Shown: positions 1-9,818 of the stretch, piece by piece
How positions within the stretch are numbered: position 1 is the stretch's first letter
Layout of the letters: each line of letters begins with the position of its first letter
Source: Candidatus Methylomirabilales bacterium
GTDB taxonomy: Bacteria; Methylomirabilota; Methylomirabilia; Methylomirabilales; CSP1-5
Direction of reading: 5' to 3'
Assembly: GCA_046758505.1 (NCBI GenBank)
Contig: JBHIAH010000010.1
Span: 1-58,964, forward strand
Length of the DNA stretch: 58,964 nucleotides
Notes under the pieces: generated by a model
The model's database searches: none
Seen by the model: the letters and a program-made list of their open reading frames with translations, nothing else
Told to the model about the DNA's origin: nothing
Program-made: the position numbers and the translations under genes

Positions 1-2
1 GC

Positions 3-85
3 GTAGGGGAGCCTCTCCCCTACAACCCCTCAGTGCCCCTGGCGGAAGCTCGCGGCGTTTAGGAAGAATGAGTTGGAGGGGCACT
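3..85. repeat. REP/MITE-like palindromic element at the window edge
   Basis: GTAGGGGGAGCCTCTCCCCTAC hairpin (3-23) and inverted pair AGTGCCCCT (32-40) / AGGGGCACT (77-85). Confidence 0.4.
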
Positions 86-197
86 CATGCATCCCCCAGT
101 ACTCATACGGACGCTGCTGCACCCATGCCGTCATTGGGAGGGCCACCCCGAACAGACTGAGGACAGAGGCCACCCCCTTCAAGCGTAATAGCTTCAT
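30..197 (-). pseudogene. Truncated secreted/membrane protein (signal peptide + QQRPYEYWGMH), running into a palindromic element
   Basis: ATG at 197 with a GAGGAG RBS; 55 codons MKLLRLKGVASVLSLFGVALPMTAWVQQRPYEYWGMH, after which the sequence becomes inverted-repeat DNA (3-85). Confidence 0.35.
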
Positions 198-603
198 TGT
201 TGTTGACTCCTCTCATAGCTGGGGAGGTCGTGTCCTTCGCCTCTCGACCCAGAACCAGTTAAACGGCCGCGATCGCGCAATCCTGACCTGGGGACGATGG
301 TCCCTGGGATCCTGGGTTTTCAGCGCAATGTCTGTGCCAGCCGTGTTCGCCTGGGAGGAATCCAGCCTAACCTATTGATTTTCCTAAGATCCATGCGTTT
401 ATAGGTCTCACGTTGAGGCGACGAGACCCCGGTCCGCAGGACGCCCCATCCCCAAAGGGAGGAGGATATTAGTTGTAACTAGCCGAAATCTAACTTCGTT
501 GCCGTGAGGCATCAATGCCTCAGTGGGGCACACTGTTCCCTATTGCTTTGTCGCAGAGCGGAAAACGAATGTCCCCGAGTCTCAAAAGCCGCATCGATCT
601 GTC

Positions 604-1020
604 TTACTCGACCATCCATCGAAACACCCGTTCAGGCACGCCGGCAACACCTTTCACGACGATTTCAAGGGCTTTCGGCCTTGGCTGCGGCCACGCAAAC
701 CTTAGGGTTGCCCTCCGGTGATGCCCGCCCCCTGTGACATCCTCGAGGGCGGTAGGCGCCAGCTCACCGCCTTGTCCATCCCGCAACCGTACGATCTCCT
801 CGAATCGATAGAGATCGAGATTCACCGAATGGGTGTTCAGGCTTATCAGGAACGTCAGGGTGTCGCCCGGATGCTTGAGAAGCTTAGCCGTCACCGTAAC
901 CCCGCCTCCTTGGATGGATTGCTCTGTCTCAGACTGGGCGTCTCCCGTATCTACCAATCCGGACGCCGCCAGGAGCATCGCCGTCGTCAAAATCCCCAAC
1001 CCGATCGGTGTCAAGCTCAT
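604..1020 (-). CDS. Secreted hypothetical protein with His motifs (NTHSVNLD, GGGHHR), probable metal-binding
   Basis: Signal peptide, GGAG RBS, His motifs, operon context. Confidence 0.65.
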   Translation of the reverse strand: MSLTPIGLGILTTAMLLAASGLVDTGDAQSETEQSIQGGGVTVTAKLLKHPGDTLTFLISLNTHSVNLDLYRFEEIVRLRDGQGGELAPTALEDVTGGGHHRRATLRFAWPQPRPKALEIVVKGVAGVPERVFRWMVE

Positions 1021-1057
1021 CGGTCTCCCCCCTTACTGGTTCCGCCAAGGTTCAGCG

Positions 1058-2062
1058 CTAGGGAGCGAACACAATTTGGTGCGGCTCTTTACCAACGGCA
1101 ACTTTCCGCACCGTTGTTAGGCTCTCCGCATCCAGGACCACGACCTCTCCGGCCTTAGGACGGGCCACCACGACCCACCGGCCATCTGGCGTAACCTCCA
1201 CGTGCGCTGGTTTGGGTCCCACCTTGACCGTCTGGATGACTGCCATCGTACCGGTGTCTACCACCAGAAGCGTCCCCTTTTCGCGACTTGATACGTACAC
1301 CCGCATCCCATCTGGGCTTACGGCGACCCCGTGCGGCTTATCTCCCACGCGAACGGCAGCGACCACTTCATCGCGCGCCGCGTCGATCACGGCCAGGGTT
1401 CCGCTGCCCACATTTGCCACGTACAGGCGTCGCCCGTCGGGGGAGAGGGCCATATGTCCCGGGGCCTGCTTTAATGGGATCTCTTTCGTCACCCGGGACG
1501 CCGCAACATCGATAACCGCAACAGTGTTGGACCCCATGTTGGAGACGTAAGCTGTCTTCCCATCCGGCGAAAAGACGATGTAGTTGGCGCCTGCTCCGGT
1601 CTCAATGTCCGCCACGGACCGCATAGCCTGAGTGTCCACCACCGCGACGCGGCCTGCTGCCGAGCGGGTCACATAAAGCCACCGCCCGTTGGGGCTGAGG
1701 CTGAGATGATGAGATCCCTTTCCGACGGCCACCCCCCCTGTCACGGTACCGCTGGCGGCATCCACGACTTCAAGGGCGTCCCCCTTTGTGAGGTCGGCGG
1801 CGAAGATAAGGCGGCCATCCGGGGTGACCGCGACCCCGTGGGGCTCCACCGAGAGTGCGAACCTGTGCAGCACCCGACCGGCATCGAGGTCCACCGCGGA
1901 TACCGCCTTGCTTGGTCCCATGCCGACATAGGCAATGCCGTTCCAGGGCTGCGTTTGCCTTCCCGTTCCTGCTCCGGCTGCGCACCCCGCCACGAACAAC
2001 GCAAGCGATCCCAGGCCCATAAGCAAGAGCCACCCTTTTCTTCCTAGAGACTTTTTGGACAT
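1058..2062 (-). CDS. YncE/YVTN-family beta-propeller lipoprotein
   Basis: Lipobox VAGC; repeated SPDG-x-x-YV blades, many with PH motifs (PHGVAV). Confidence 0.85.
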   Translation of the reverse strand: MSKKSLGRKGWLLLMGLGSLALFVAGCAAGAGTGRQTQPWNGIAYVGMGPSKAVSAVDLDAGRVLHRFALSVEPHGVAVTPDGRLIFAADLTKGDALEVVDAASGTVTGGVAVGKGSHHLSLSPNGRWLYVTRSAAGRVAVVDTQAMRSVADIETGAGANYIVFSPDGKTAYVSNMGSNTVAVIDVAASRVTKEIPLKQAPGHMALSPDGRRLYVANVGSGTLAVIDAARDEVVAAVRVGDKPHGVAVSPDGMRVYVSSREKGTLLVVDTGTMAVIQTVKVGPKPAHVEVTPDGRWVVVARPKAGEVVVLDAESLTTVRKVAVGKEPHQIVFAP

Positions 2063-2083
2063 GTTGCCTCCCTTCCTGCTTGG

Positions 2084-3016
2084 CTATTTTGCGACGGGGG
2101 ATGTTGCAGTAGCGGCCCAGTCGACGTAGGAGCCGTCATACAACCGGACCCGGGGATACCCCAGAAGCCGCAAGACAAAGTAGTCATGCGACGCTCGCAT
2201 CCCGGTCCGGCAATACAGCACGATTTCCTTGTCAGATGTCGCCCCGGCCCTCCGGTAGAGCTGCGCCAAGTCCGCGGCGGTCTTGAACCGGCGCGGCTCC
2301 GTCGTCGTCAGGTTACGAACCCAGTCCACGTTCACAGCCCCCGGGATGTGTCCCGGCCGCCTTACATCCGGTCCGGGAACCTTTCCGTCGAACTCTGCGG
2401 GGGAGCGGGCGTCCACCAGGACGATCAAGGGGTCCTTCAGGCGATTCCGGATCCAATTGCGATCCGCCGCCCGGTTGGGACGAGGGTCGCCTTGATAGCG
2501 CGTGGTCTTCGGGTTTGAGATCTCCCGGGATGTCGGCCGGCCTTCTTGCTGCCACAACGCGAATCCTCCCTGTAGGACGCTCACGCGCGGATGGCCAAGG
2601 GAGTCGAGGATCCAGAACAGCCGGGTGGCCCGGTCGCCGCCGAAATCGTCGTAGACCACGACTCGAGTGTCCCGAGTAATTCCCCGGCGCCCCAGTGCCC
2701 GTTCGACCTCCTTGATCGGGGGCAGCATTCCGGGGACTCCGTCGATCGTCCGGGTTATCTCGGCCACGGGCAAGTTAACGGCTCCGAGGATGTGCCCGGC
2801 GGCATAGCGGTCCGGCGAGCGGGCGTCCAGGATACGGACCTGAGGGTCGCGCAGGTGGTCGGCCACTTCCTGCGCTGACTCGAGGAGTGAGGCGTTGGCG
2901 TATCCTTGAGTTGTGGCCTGATTCCCGCTGTACTCGGCGTGAGCCGTCGTTGAGGAGAGCAGCAGGATAACCGCAGCACTTGCCCATACGAAAGGGTGTC
3001 TTGCCAGCCGTGACAT
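2084..3016 (-). CDS. Secreted tandem-domain rhodanese/sulfurtransferase
   Basis: LDARS, GHIPGA, active-site YCRTGMRA, LYDGSYVDW; signal peptide ending AHA; start chosen at ATG with GGAGG. Confidence 0.9.
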   Translation of the reverse strand: MSRLARHPFVWASAAVILLLSSTTAHAEYSGNQATTQGYANASLLESAQEVADHLRDPQVRILDARSPDRYAAGHILGAVNLPVAEITRTIDGVPGMLPPIKEVERALGRRGITRDTRVVVYDDFGGDRATRLFWILDSLGHPRVSVLQGGFALWQQEGRPTSREISNPKTTRYQGDPRPNRAADRNWIRNRLKDPLIVLVDARSPAEFDGKVPGPDVRRPGHIPGAVNVDWVRNLTTTEPRRFKTAADLAQLYRRAGATSDKEIVLYCRTGMRASHDYFVLRLLGYPRVRLYDGSYVDWAATATSPVAK

Positions 3017-3145
3017 GTACACCTCCATCATCCACAGCCCAAAAGACCCGCTACGCTCCAGCACAATGACTCCTTGTCGGCTTCTCCTTTACCTCGTGTG
3101 CTCAGGCCGGAGCGAAGCTGTAGTTCCCATTCATGGTGGCGTTCG

Positions 3146-4405
3146 TCAGAGTTCCTCCCCGTTTCCTGGGCGGCGCGGCTCCATCCTCAGATTATCATCC
3201 TCAATGATCACGAGCCGATCCTTCGATCCCGGCAGGCGTGGGAGAAGGGAGCGAAAGAGTTCGATGCCGGCTGCCATCCTCCAGCGCCGCCACAGTTCCA
3301 CGAACCTGCCTTCGCCCCTCAAGATCCGGAAGTAGTTGCCGATGAGGGCAGGACGGCGCTGCATCATCCGATACGCGAACCCAGGCAAGGCGTAAACGAC
3401 AGCTCCGATCTTTGCCGCCGCGTCCAGCTCCCGGCAGATCTCGTGCTGCACCGCCGCTTCATAGCGCTGGGGGCCGGGAGGGTCCTCACCGGCCGCCAGC
3501 CCTTCCAGGATGGCCTGGGCGGCGAGCTGGCCGCTCCTGATGGCATAGTAGATGCCTTCCCCCACAAACGACTCGACGAGGGCAGCGGCGTCCCCGACCA
3601 GCATCGTCCGGCGCCCTGTCAAGCGGCTAAGGCCTTGGCGGTGGAGGGGGAGGACCCAGCCAGAACGCCGTTCCTCTTCGATGCTCTCCTGAATCCCTTC
3701 GCGGCACAGAAACTGGTGATAGTATGGTTTCGGGCTCCGGACCTTTTTCCCAAATCCCCCAACCCCAACTGACAGATGGTCGGCCTTGGGGAAGGCCCAG
3801 GCATAGCCGCCCGGGATCGAGCCGAAGTCCATCCGGACCTGATCCCCACACCCGATCGGCCAGGAAGACCGGGTCCAGATCTCTCCATCTACGGCCGCAG
3901 CCATCTGCCTCTTCGGTTGGAGCCCAAGGGATCGGGCCACTACGCTCCTCGCCCCATCGGCCCCGATGACGACCCTCCCCTGGTAGACCTCCCGATCGGT
4001 AACGACCAGGGCGCGATCCCTATGCTCATTCACCCGGATCACATGCTCGCCCTCGCGGATCTCGGCCCCTACCTTCCGGGCCCGCTCCGCCAAAAAGGCG
4101 TCGAACTGATGCCGTATGACCAAGTAAGCCACGGGGTCCCTGGACCGGACCGAAACGGGCTCCTCTCCCCTGAGGGTGAACAGGACACCGTGGATCACTC
4201 GCTCCACCAGCTCCAGGATGCTCGCACCCAGTAACTGCTCCACTCTGAGCGAAAGGCAGCCGCCGCAGGGCTTGGGGCGTGGGTGCCGTGCCTTGTCGAG
4301 GGCCAGGACCCGGAGGCCGGCCTGACCCAGGTCACGGGCCGCCGCAGCCCCTGCTGGGCCCAGGCCGATGACGATGACATCGTAAGGCTTGAGCTGTGAG
4401 ATCAT
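3146..4405 (-). CDS. Geranylgeranyl reductase-family FAD oxidoreductase
   Basis: GLGPAG, KPCGG, GADG, GYAWAFPK, LVGDAA...GEGIYYAIRSG. Confidence 0.9.
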   Translation of the reverse strand: MISQLKPYDVIVIGLGPAGAAAARDLGQAGLRVLALDKARHPRPKPCGGCLSLRVEQLLGASILELVERVIHGVLFTLRGEEPVSVRSRDPVAYLVIRHQFDAFLAERARKVGAEIREGEHVIRVNEHRDRALVVTDREVYQGRVVIGADGARSVVARSLGLQPKRQMAAAVDGEIWTRSSWPIGCGDQVRMDFGSIPGGYAWAFPKADHLSVGVGGFGKKVRSPKPYYHQFLCREGIQESIEEERRSGWVLPLHRQGLSRLTGRRTMLVGDAAALVESFVGEGIYYAIRSGQLAAQAILEGLAAGEDPPGPQRYEAAVQHEICRELDAAAKIGAVVYALPGFAYRMMQRRPALIGNYFRILRGEGRFVELWRRWRMAAGIELFRSLLPRLPGSKDRLVIIEDDNLRMEPRRPGNGEEL

Positions 4406-4658
4406 ACCTTGAACCGATCCCTTTCTAGGAGCCCTGGTCGGTGGAAGTTCCCAGATCAGTGTCCGGGGACCTCAGGGGCGATGACGTCTTGTGCCGTATG
4501 ACCAGTTGGCGCTGACGGTCCGAATCACTCCCTTTCCGCGCATCGTTCGGTCGGTCCTTCTCGTCGAGGAGGATGATGATCGAGCTGCAGTACGGATAAT
4601 GTGAAGGCCGCACAGCCCGAAGTGAATCGGCTCGTGACGCGCACCGCCCTGCTAGAGG

Positions 4659-5246
4659 TCAATACCGGATGACTTCACGCGACACAGGGTACGAGGCATA
4701 AATGGTGAACTTATGTTCCTTCCTCCCGGCATTCTTCAGATACATCGCCCGCTGGTGCGCGAGGGCCGCCAGAAAGCGTTTCTCGCCCATGATCCGCGAT
4801 CCCCGAGACACCTCCCGGGCCGCCCGGGCGTCGTCAAAAATCATGACTACGACGTTTTCCCAGTCGAGAAAATCTTGACGAAGTCTCCTCCCCACTGCGC
4901 GGAGGGTGTCCGCGCTCGGCTCCGGCTCGACGGCGATGAAAAGCCCCTCGCTCTCTGGGTGTTTCCAGCGTACCACCCGCTGATACCCCCGACCGTGGGC
5001 GGCGCGGGGGCGAAGGGCCGAGACCACCGCCACCGCGAGGGCCCCGGCCGCACCCAGCAGCAATGTGAGAAAGCTCCGCTTGGTTGGGCGGCTCCCGGCC
5101 GGGCTCCTGGTCTCAACGTTCCGAAGCGTGCCGCATTTTGGGGACGTCCCTGTCATCCCCCTCGACTCTTCTGCCTTCTTGACGCCAGGGAGCTGTTCTG
5201 ACGTCCACCGGACCGCCGTGTTCAGTTTGTGGTCATTGCTTTCCAT
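4659..5246 (-). CDS. Hypothetical protein with Tat-like signal (KRSFLTLL); start uncertain
   Basis: Open frame with a hydrophobic segment ending AHG; alternative start at 5156. Confidence 0.55.
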   Translation of the reverse strand: MESNDHKLNTAVRWTSEQLPGVKKAEESRGMTGTSPKCGTLRNVETRSPAGSRPTKRSFLTLLLGAAGALAVAVVSALRPRAAHGRGYQRVVRWKHPESEGLFIAVEPEPSADTLRAVGRRLRQDFLDWENVVVMIFDDARAAREVSRGSRIMGEKRFLAALAHQRAMYLKNAGRKEHKFTIYASYPVSREVIRY

Positions 5247-5353
5247 TTTAACCCCTCGCAGAATGGACCTGTCAGTGAAAAGCAAAAATCCCCCCCATGA
5301 TCAGGATCGAGTGGATGTGTTCTTCCCTCAGCGCGCGGTAGACCTCAGTTTGC

Positions 5354-5896
5354 CTATCTCAGGATCTCTTCCAAGCGTTCCCGAGACTCGGGGTCTGTCC
5401 AGTCCCGGTAGCCCAGCTCCTTGTACCGGATAATCCCCTTCTTGTCTATGAGGAAGCTAGCCGGAATGCTGAAAATCCGGTACAGGTGCAGCACCTCCGC
5501 CTCTGGATCCAAGAGAACCGGGAAAGTCAGTTCAAATTCTCGCAAGAAGTTCCTCACGACACTTTTTGGCCCAGCATCAATACTCACGGCCAAGATCTCC
5601 AGGCCCAGAGCTTTGTACCGCCGGTACGCTTTTTCCATCGTGGGCATCTCCAGGCGGCAGGGAGGACACCAGGTCGCCCAGAAGTTGATGAATACTCCCT
5701 TTTTCCCTCGAAAGTCGGAAAGGCGAACCATCTTACCGTCAAGACCCGGGAGAGCAAAGTCCGGTGCGAGATATCCCACTGCTGGGCGAACCTCCGGCGC
5801 CGCGTTGCCTTGTCTTACCTGGACAACGAGCGGGAAGAGGCCCGCGAGGAGCAGGCTTGTCGCCACGAACAGAACTCGACCCTGTTTTGCCAGCAT
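5354..5896 (-). CDS. TlpA/ResA-family thiol-disulfide oxidoreductase
   Basis: APDF, INFWATWCPPC, IPASFLIDK. Confidence 0.92.
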   Translation of the reverse strand: MLAKQGRVLFVATSLLLAGLFPLVVQVRQGNAAPEVRPAVGYLAPDFALPGLDGKMVRLSDFRGKKGVFINFWATWCPPCRLEMPTMEKAYRRYKALGLEILAVSIDAGPKSVVRNFLREFELTFPVLLDPEAEVLHLYRIFSIPASFLIDKKGIIRYKELGYRDWTDPESRERLEEILR

Positions 5897-5902
5897 GCCG
5901 GC

Positions 5903-5950
5903 TTATACCTTTAGGATACTCTCGGGGTACTGCTCGTCCGCGGGGTCCAC
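5903..5950 (-). pseudogene. 3' relic of a Rieske gene
   Basis: Encodes VDPADEQYPESILKV*, matching the C-termini of the Rieske proteins at 9819 and 25271; an in-frame TAG lies just upstream. Confidence 0.75.
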
Positions 5951-6066
5951 CGCCGCTCGCACACTCTAATGGCTTGTGCACCGCGTTTCGGCCCTGTTGC
6001 CTCGGTCCACGACCCGCGGGACCCGATGCCCGGTCAGTGAGTACTTTTACCGACCGCCTTCGCCGA

Positions 6067-6402
6067 TCAGGCCTCGCTGGCAATCGCCTCGAATACGCCA
6101 CCGAGGCAGAGCAGTTCGGAGAGCCCCGGTCGCAGGCCATCCACGTCGATGACGATCCCGGTCCTGCAGATTTCCTTTAACCCGGTGCCGAGCACCCGGG
6201 CGCCGAACTCGCCAATCTCGGTCACGCCCGAGAAGTCCAGAACCAGCTTCTCCCCCGACCGGTGCTTGAGGGAGCGGAGGAGCTGCGACGCGGAAGACCC
6301 ATCGAGCACGCCGCCCAGGCGAAAGACCGGTCGGGCCGCGTCCTGGGTCGTGACGATGGTGAAGTGCCCCATTCTCAACTTCTCCGGGTATCTTTCTTTC
6401 AT
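6067..6402 (-). CDS. STAS-domain (anti-sigma antagonist-like) protein, copy 1
   Basis: RLGGVLD...LVLDFSGVTEIGEFG STAS pattern. Confidence 0.75.
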   Translation of the reverse strand: MKERYPEKLRMGHFTIVTTQDAARPVFRLGGVLDGSSASQLLRSLKHRSGEKLVLDFSGVTEIGEFGARVLGTGLKEICRTGIVIDVDGLRPGLSELLCLGGVFEAIASEA

Positions 6403-6498
6403 CGCTGCCTCCCATCGGGCACTGCGGGTCCGTCGGCGCGGTTGAGGAACACCTCGTGGTTCAAAGACCGGGGATCCGCTCCAGCACGGACCGTCGCC

Positions 6499-6801
6499 TC
6501 AGCCGACCACTGAAGCTCGGTAGACGTGGCGGCCATCGCTGCCAGCCGCCGCGACCGCTTCCATCAGGCCTTGGGGCTCGATCTGCTCCGGATCGTAATG
6601 CACCAGGGCCAGGGCACTAAACAGATCGATCTGCACCTGCATGACCCCCTGGTGGGAGAGGAGGCTGTTTCGCACGCGCGTGACGCACGTCTGGCAGCCC
6701 ATCCCGGTCACCCCGAGGACTGCCGTCTCCGCCCGGGCAAGCGCCTCTGGATCAACGGTCTTCTGTACAGGATCAACGTGGCAATTCCCTTCGTGTTGCA
6801 T
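6499..6801 (-). CDS. HMA-domain metal chaperone (CopZ-like), copy 1
   Basis: GMGCQTC motif; N-terminal NCHV; AAGGAGG RBS before ATG 6801. Confidence 0.88.
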   Translation of the reverse strand: MQHEGNCHVDPVQKTVDPEALARAETAVLGVTGMGCQTCVTRVRNSLLSHQGVMQVQIDLFSALALVHYDPEQIEPQGLMEAVAAAGSDGRHVYRASVVG

Positions 6802-6854
6802 CTGGTCCTCCTTTTCCATCGATCCACTCCGGTTCCGTCCACGATCCCCTCGCG

Positions 6855-7652
6855 TCAAGGGACTGATCTCTTGTGCCGAGATCCCACCTCCTTGTGCCCC
6901 AGCCGTCGACGCAGAACGGTGAAGGCCAGTAGGCTCCCGACGAGGACCAGGACGCTCAAGGTCTGAGCAGCGGAGACGCCCCCTGCAAACTGAAGCTGAT
7001 CTGCCCGAAAGGTTTCGACGATGAAGCGGATCACCCCGTAGCCTCCGGCATAGAGAAGAAAGAGCTGACCGGGGAGCAGGCGTCGCCTCCGGAGGGCCCA
7101 TAGCAGCCCGAAAAGAACCAGGTCCAGGCCCATCTCGTAGAGCTGGGTGGGGTGGCGTGGCACCCCCAGGGGGGCCAGGGCGTTCGGATCGGTGAAGGTA
7201 ACGGCCCACGGGACGGTGGTCGGGATGCCGTACGCATCGCCGTTCAGAAAACAGGCAAGCCGGCCAATGGCCTGGCCCAGGATGAGAGCCGGGGTGAGAG
7301 TGTCGGCGAAGATCCAGAAAGAGATCCCGTGCTTGCGACAGAACCAGATCCCGGTCAAAAGTCCGCCCAGGAGAGCACCGTGGATGGCGAGTCCCCCTTT
7401 CCAGACGGCTAGAACCATGTGGGGTTGTCGAAGGAACATCCCCGGGTCGAAAAAGGCAATATAGTAGAGACGCGCCCCCAGGATGCCAAAGAGAATGGCA
7501 AAGAATGCAAAGTCCTCCACCAGGCGGGGATCCATCCTCCGCCGAGCCGCTTCTCGGCGGCCGAGTAGGTAAGCCGCTAGGATAGCCAGGGCGATGACGA
7601 CACCGTAGGACCGGAGTTCGAAGCTTCCTATCTTCAAAAGGATTGGATACAT
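6855..7652 (-). CDS. lgt: Prolipoprotein diacylglyceryl transferase
   Basis: GARLYY, GGLAIHG, QAIGRLACFLNGD, HPTQLYE, RFIVE. Confidence 0.93.
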   Translation of the reverse strand: MYPILLKIGSFELRSYGVVIALAILAAYLLGRREAARRRMDPRLVEDFAFFAILFGILGARLYYIAFFDPGMFLRQPHMVLAVWKGGLAIHGALLGGLLTGIWFCRKHGISFWIFADTLTPALILGQAIGRLACFLNGDAYGIPTTVPWAVTFTDPNALAPLGVPRHPTQLYEMGLDLVLFGLLWALRRRRLLPGQLFLLYAGGYGVIRFIVETFRADQLQFAGGVSAAQTLSVLVLVGSLLAFTVLRRRLGHKEVGSRHKRSVP

Positions 7653-7662
7653 GGACACCTCG

Positions 7663-8874
7663 TTAGAAGGCCGGGACCGGGATTGTCCCCCACGAGTGCC
7701 GCCTGGGCGTCTCCATGGTCAGGATCACCTCCCCGAGGGCTGCATCGATGTCGGCGAAGAAGCGGGGGTACCGCAGGACGCCGACTGAGAGGGCGCGTCG
7801 GGGGGAGACGTTATTGCCCGTCGCCGTGAGGGCCTCGGTGAATATGATCCTCTTTTCCGCCGAGGCAGCCCCATCCCGAAGCTGAGCGAGGGGCGTCAGC
7901 AGGTACATTTGTCCCAGGTGTTTGAGGGCCGCCCAAAACCCTCCCTGCCCGCCCTTTCCGTGGTGGGCTTCATGTTCTCCCAGGTCGGCGAGGAGATGCT
8001 GCATCATGTACTCTTGCGGCAGGATATAGGCGACCAGGGTGCGGCCCTCCCGGTGGAGATCGGCGAGGCGGGAGGCCACCTCCTGGCTGTTCCTTGCGAT
8101 CGTGATGAGCCGTCCCATCTGCTCCGTGCCGATCGGCGTTAGGGAAACGACCGCTAAGCCCTCGGTGTCGTTATAAAGGATGGGCACCCGTCTTTCGGTG
8201 TACTCCCGGAGGAGGAAGCCAGCACCCACCCCGGCCACCAGAGTGATCACGTAGAGGAGGGTGAGGGCGAGTCCCCTGGTTTCGATTCCGCCGGTGAGCT
8301 TCCGGAAAAGCCGCCCACCCGGGTTGCCCGGGAGGAACATCGGGATCCGATCCACATACCGGCGATAGCCCTCCCCGTACCTCCCGAGCATCCGGCCCTC
8401 TTCGTTGCGGGCGAGGAAGTAGTAAACGAAGAGCATGCTGACGTAGAGCACGAGGATGATGAAGCGGGGCCAGTAGAGCAGGAGGCCCAGTCCGGCGATG
8501 GCGAGGCCGAGGTACTGGGGATGCCGGATATACCGGTAGAGTCCTCCGGTGACAACCCCCCGCCGGAACAGCTTGGCCGAGTAGACCTGAAAGGCACAGA
8601 CGAAAAAGATGGCGAGCCCTATCCCCAAGAGGATGGGGCCGGAGTAGACGAGAGCCAACAGGAGCGGATCCTCGGTGTAGGTGATGTGGGGGAGGAAGAA
8701 GGCAGTAAGCCAGCTCGTCCAGACGTTCGCCTCCAGGCGATTCAGGATAGGGGCGTACAGCGAGTAGAAGTAAACGGTGAAAGGGGTGATCATGATCACC
8801 ACCTCGAACGCGATGGCCAGGTAAAAGAGGATGAGGGCCGTCGGCCCGATCTTCCTGAGTCTGTCTGATCCCAT
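7663..8874 (-). CDS. Isoprenylcysteine carboxylmethyltransferase/PEMT-family membrane protein with C-terminal extension
   Basis: TGGLYRYIRHPQY, EE-x-ML-x-RYG-x-x-Y; several TM helices. Confidence 0.8.
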   Translation of the reverse strand: MGSDRLRKIGPTALILFYLAIAFEVVIMITPFTVYFYSLYAPILNRLEANVWTSWLTAFFLPHITYTEDPLLLALVYSGPILLGIGLAIFFVCAFQVYSAKLFRRGVVTGGLYRYIRHPQYLGLAIAGLGLLLYWPRFIILVLYVSMLFVYYFLARNEEGRMLGRYGEGYRRYVDRIPMFLPGNPGGRLFRKLTGGIETRGLALTLLYVITLVAGVGAGFLLREYTERRVPILYNDTEGLAVVSLTPIGTEQMGRLITIARNSQEVASRLADLHREGRTLVAYILPQEYMMQHLLADLGEHEAHHGKGGQGGFWAALKHLGQMYLLTPLAQLRDGAASAEKRIIFTEALTATGNNVSPRRALSVGVLRYPRFFADIDAALGEVILTMETPRRHSWGTIPVPAF

Positions 8875-9230
8875 CTTTCAACTCCGCAATGCCATTCCAC
8901 ACGGGTGGCGAAAAACTCGGTGGTCGGGAAAGATCATTGACGGTCGGATCAAAAGATACGAGATATAAGACTGCCCCTCGTGGGGGTGCTCAACCTCGAC
9001 GGTCGCGAGGGACAGGGGAGGAGTCGGGAATAAATCGGCCGAGACTTGCCGTCCCGGCCCCCCCCCGGCCATCAGGGGCCGTCCAGGCTGGTCCTTCTCT
9101 CTTTGATCCCGCGCCCCCGCACTGACATAGCTCAATAATAAGCTGCTCCGTTCGTTGGACACGAGAAAGGAAGCGACTGTGACGAACAGGGCCCATATCC
9201 AGCTCCAAATACCGAGGCCTCCCGCGCTGA

Positions 9231-9776
9231 CTATGAGACGTCTGTACGGGCCTGCGGTGGGGACAGGAGTTGCTCGATCTGGGCCAAGAGGGTATCCATA
9301 CTGATCTCGCCGATGTGTTTGTGCGCGATCTTCCCCTCCCGGTTAATAAAGAAGGTCTCGGGGACGCCGTAAACGCCATACTCGATGGCGATGCGACTCT
9401 TGCGGTCCATGCCATTCGGAAACGTCTTGCCGTGCTCCTGGATGAAGTCTTTCGCATTGTTCTCGGTGTCCTGGTACACGATGCCCACCACCATGAGGTC
9501 TCGGTCTTTGTAGCGCCGCCAGGCTGCTTCCAGCCTGGGAGCCTCGTTCCAGCAGGCCGGGTAGCACCAGGAGGCCCAGAAGTTGACGACGACCGGCCGC
9601 CCCCTCAGGTCCTGCAGCCGCAGTGTGCCCCCGTCCAGGAGGCTCAGGCTGAAGTCGGGGGCGAGCTTGCTCACCAGCGGCGACGGGATCAGCGTGGGAT
9701 CTTTCCCGAAGCCGTAGGCAAGCAGGAGAAGCAGAGCAATGACTGATAATAGGATGAGGATTCTCGCTCTCCGCAT
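9231..9776 (-). CDS. TlpA/CcmG-family thioredoxin-fold protein with atypical CxxxC
   Basis: VVNFWASWCYPAC, YGVYGVPETFFI. Confidence 0.88.
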   Translation of the reverse strand: MRRARILILLSVIALLLLLAYGFGKDPTLIPSPLVSKLAPDFSLSLLDGGTLRLQDLRGRPVVVNFWASWCYPACWNEAPRLEAAWRRYKDRDLMVVGIVYQDTENNAKDFIQEHGKTFPNGMDRKSRIAIEYGVYGVPETFFINREGKIAHKHIGEISMDTLLAQIEQLLSPPQARTDVS

Positions 9777-9818
9777 GGGTGTTGTTGTACCCCCTTCTCA
9801 CGAGGCGTCGATCGTTGT

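Larger units (their letters stand above)
6056..6802. repeat. 747-bp direct repeat, copy 1 (HMA + STAS genes)
   Basis: Matches 10514-11260 (offset 4458); ORF translations identical. Confidence 0.95.

Noticed and set aside
370..600. Possible riboswitch in the hairpin-rich intergenic region
   Set aside because: Hairpins are present but I cannot match them to any riboswitch consensus
8878..9162. 94-aa minus-strand ORF between tlpA and the ICMT-like gene
   Set aside because: No RBS or recognisable motif; likely intergenic
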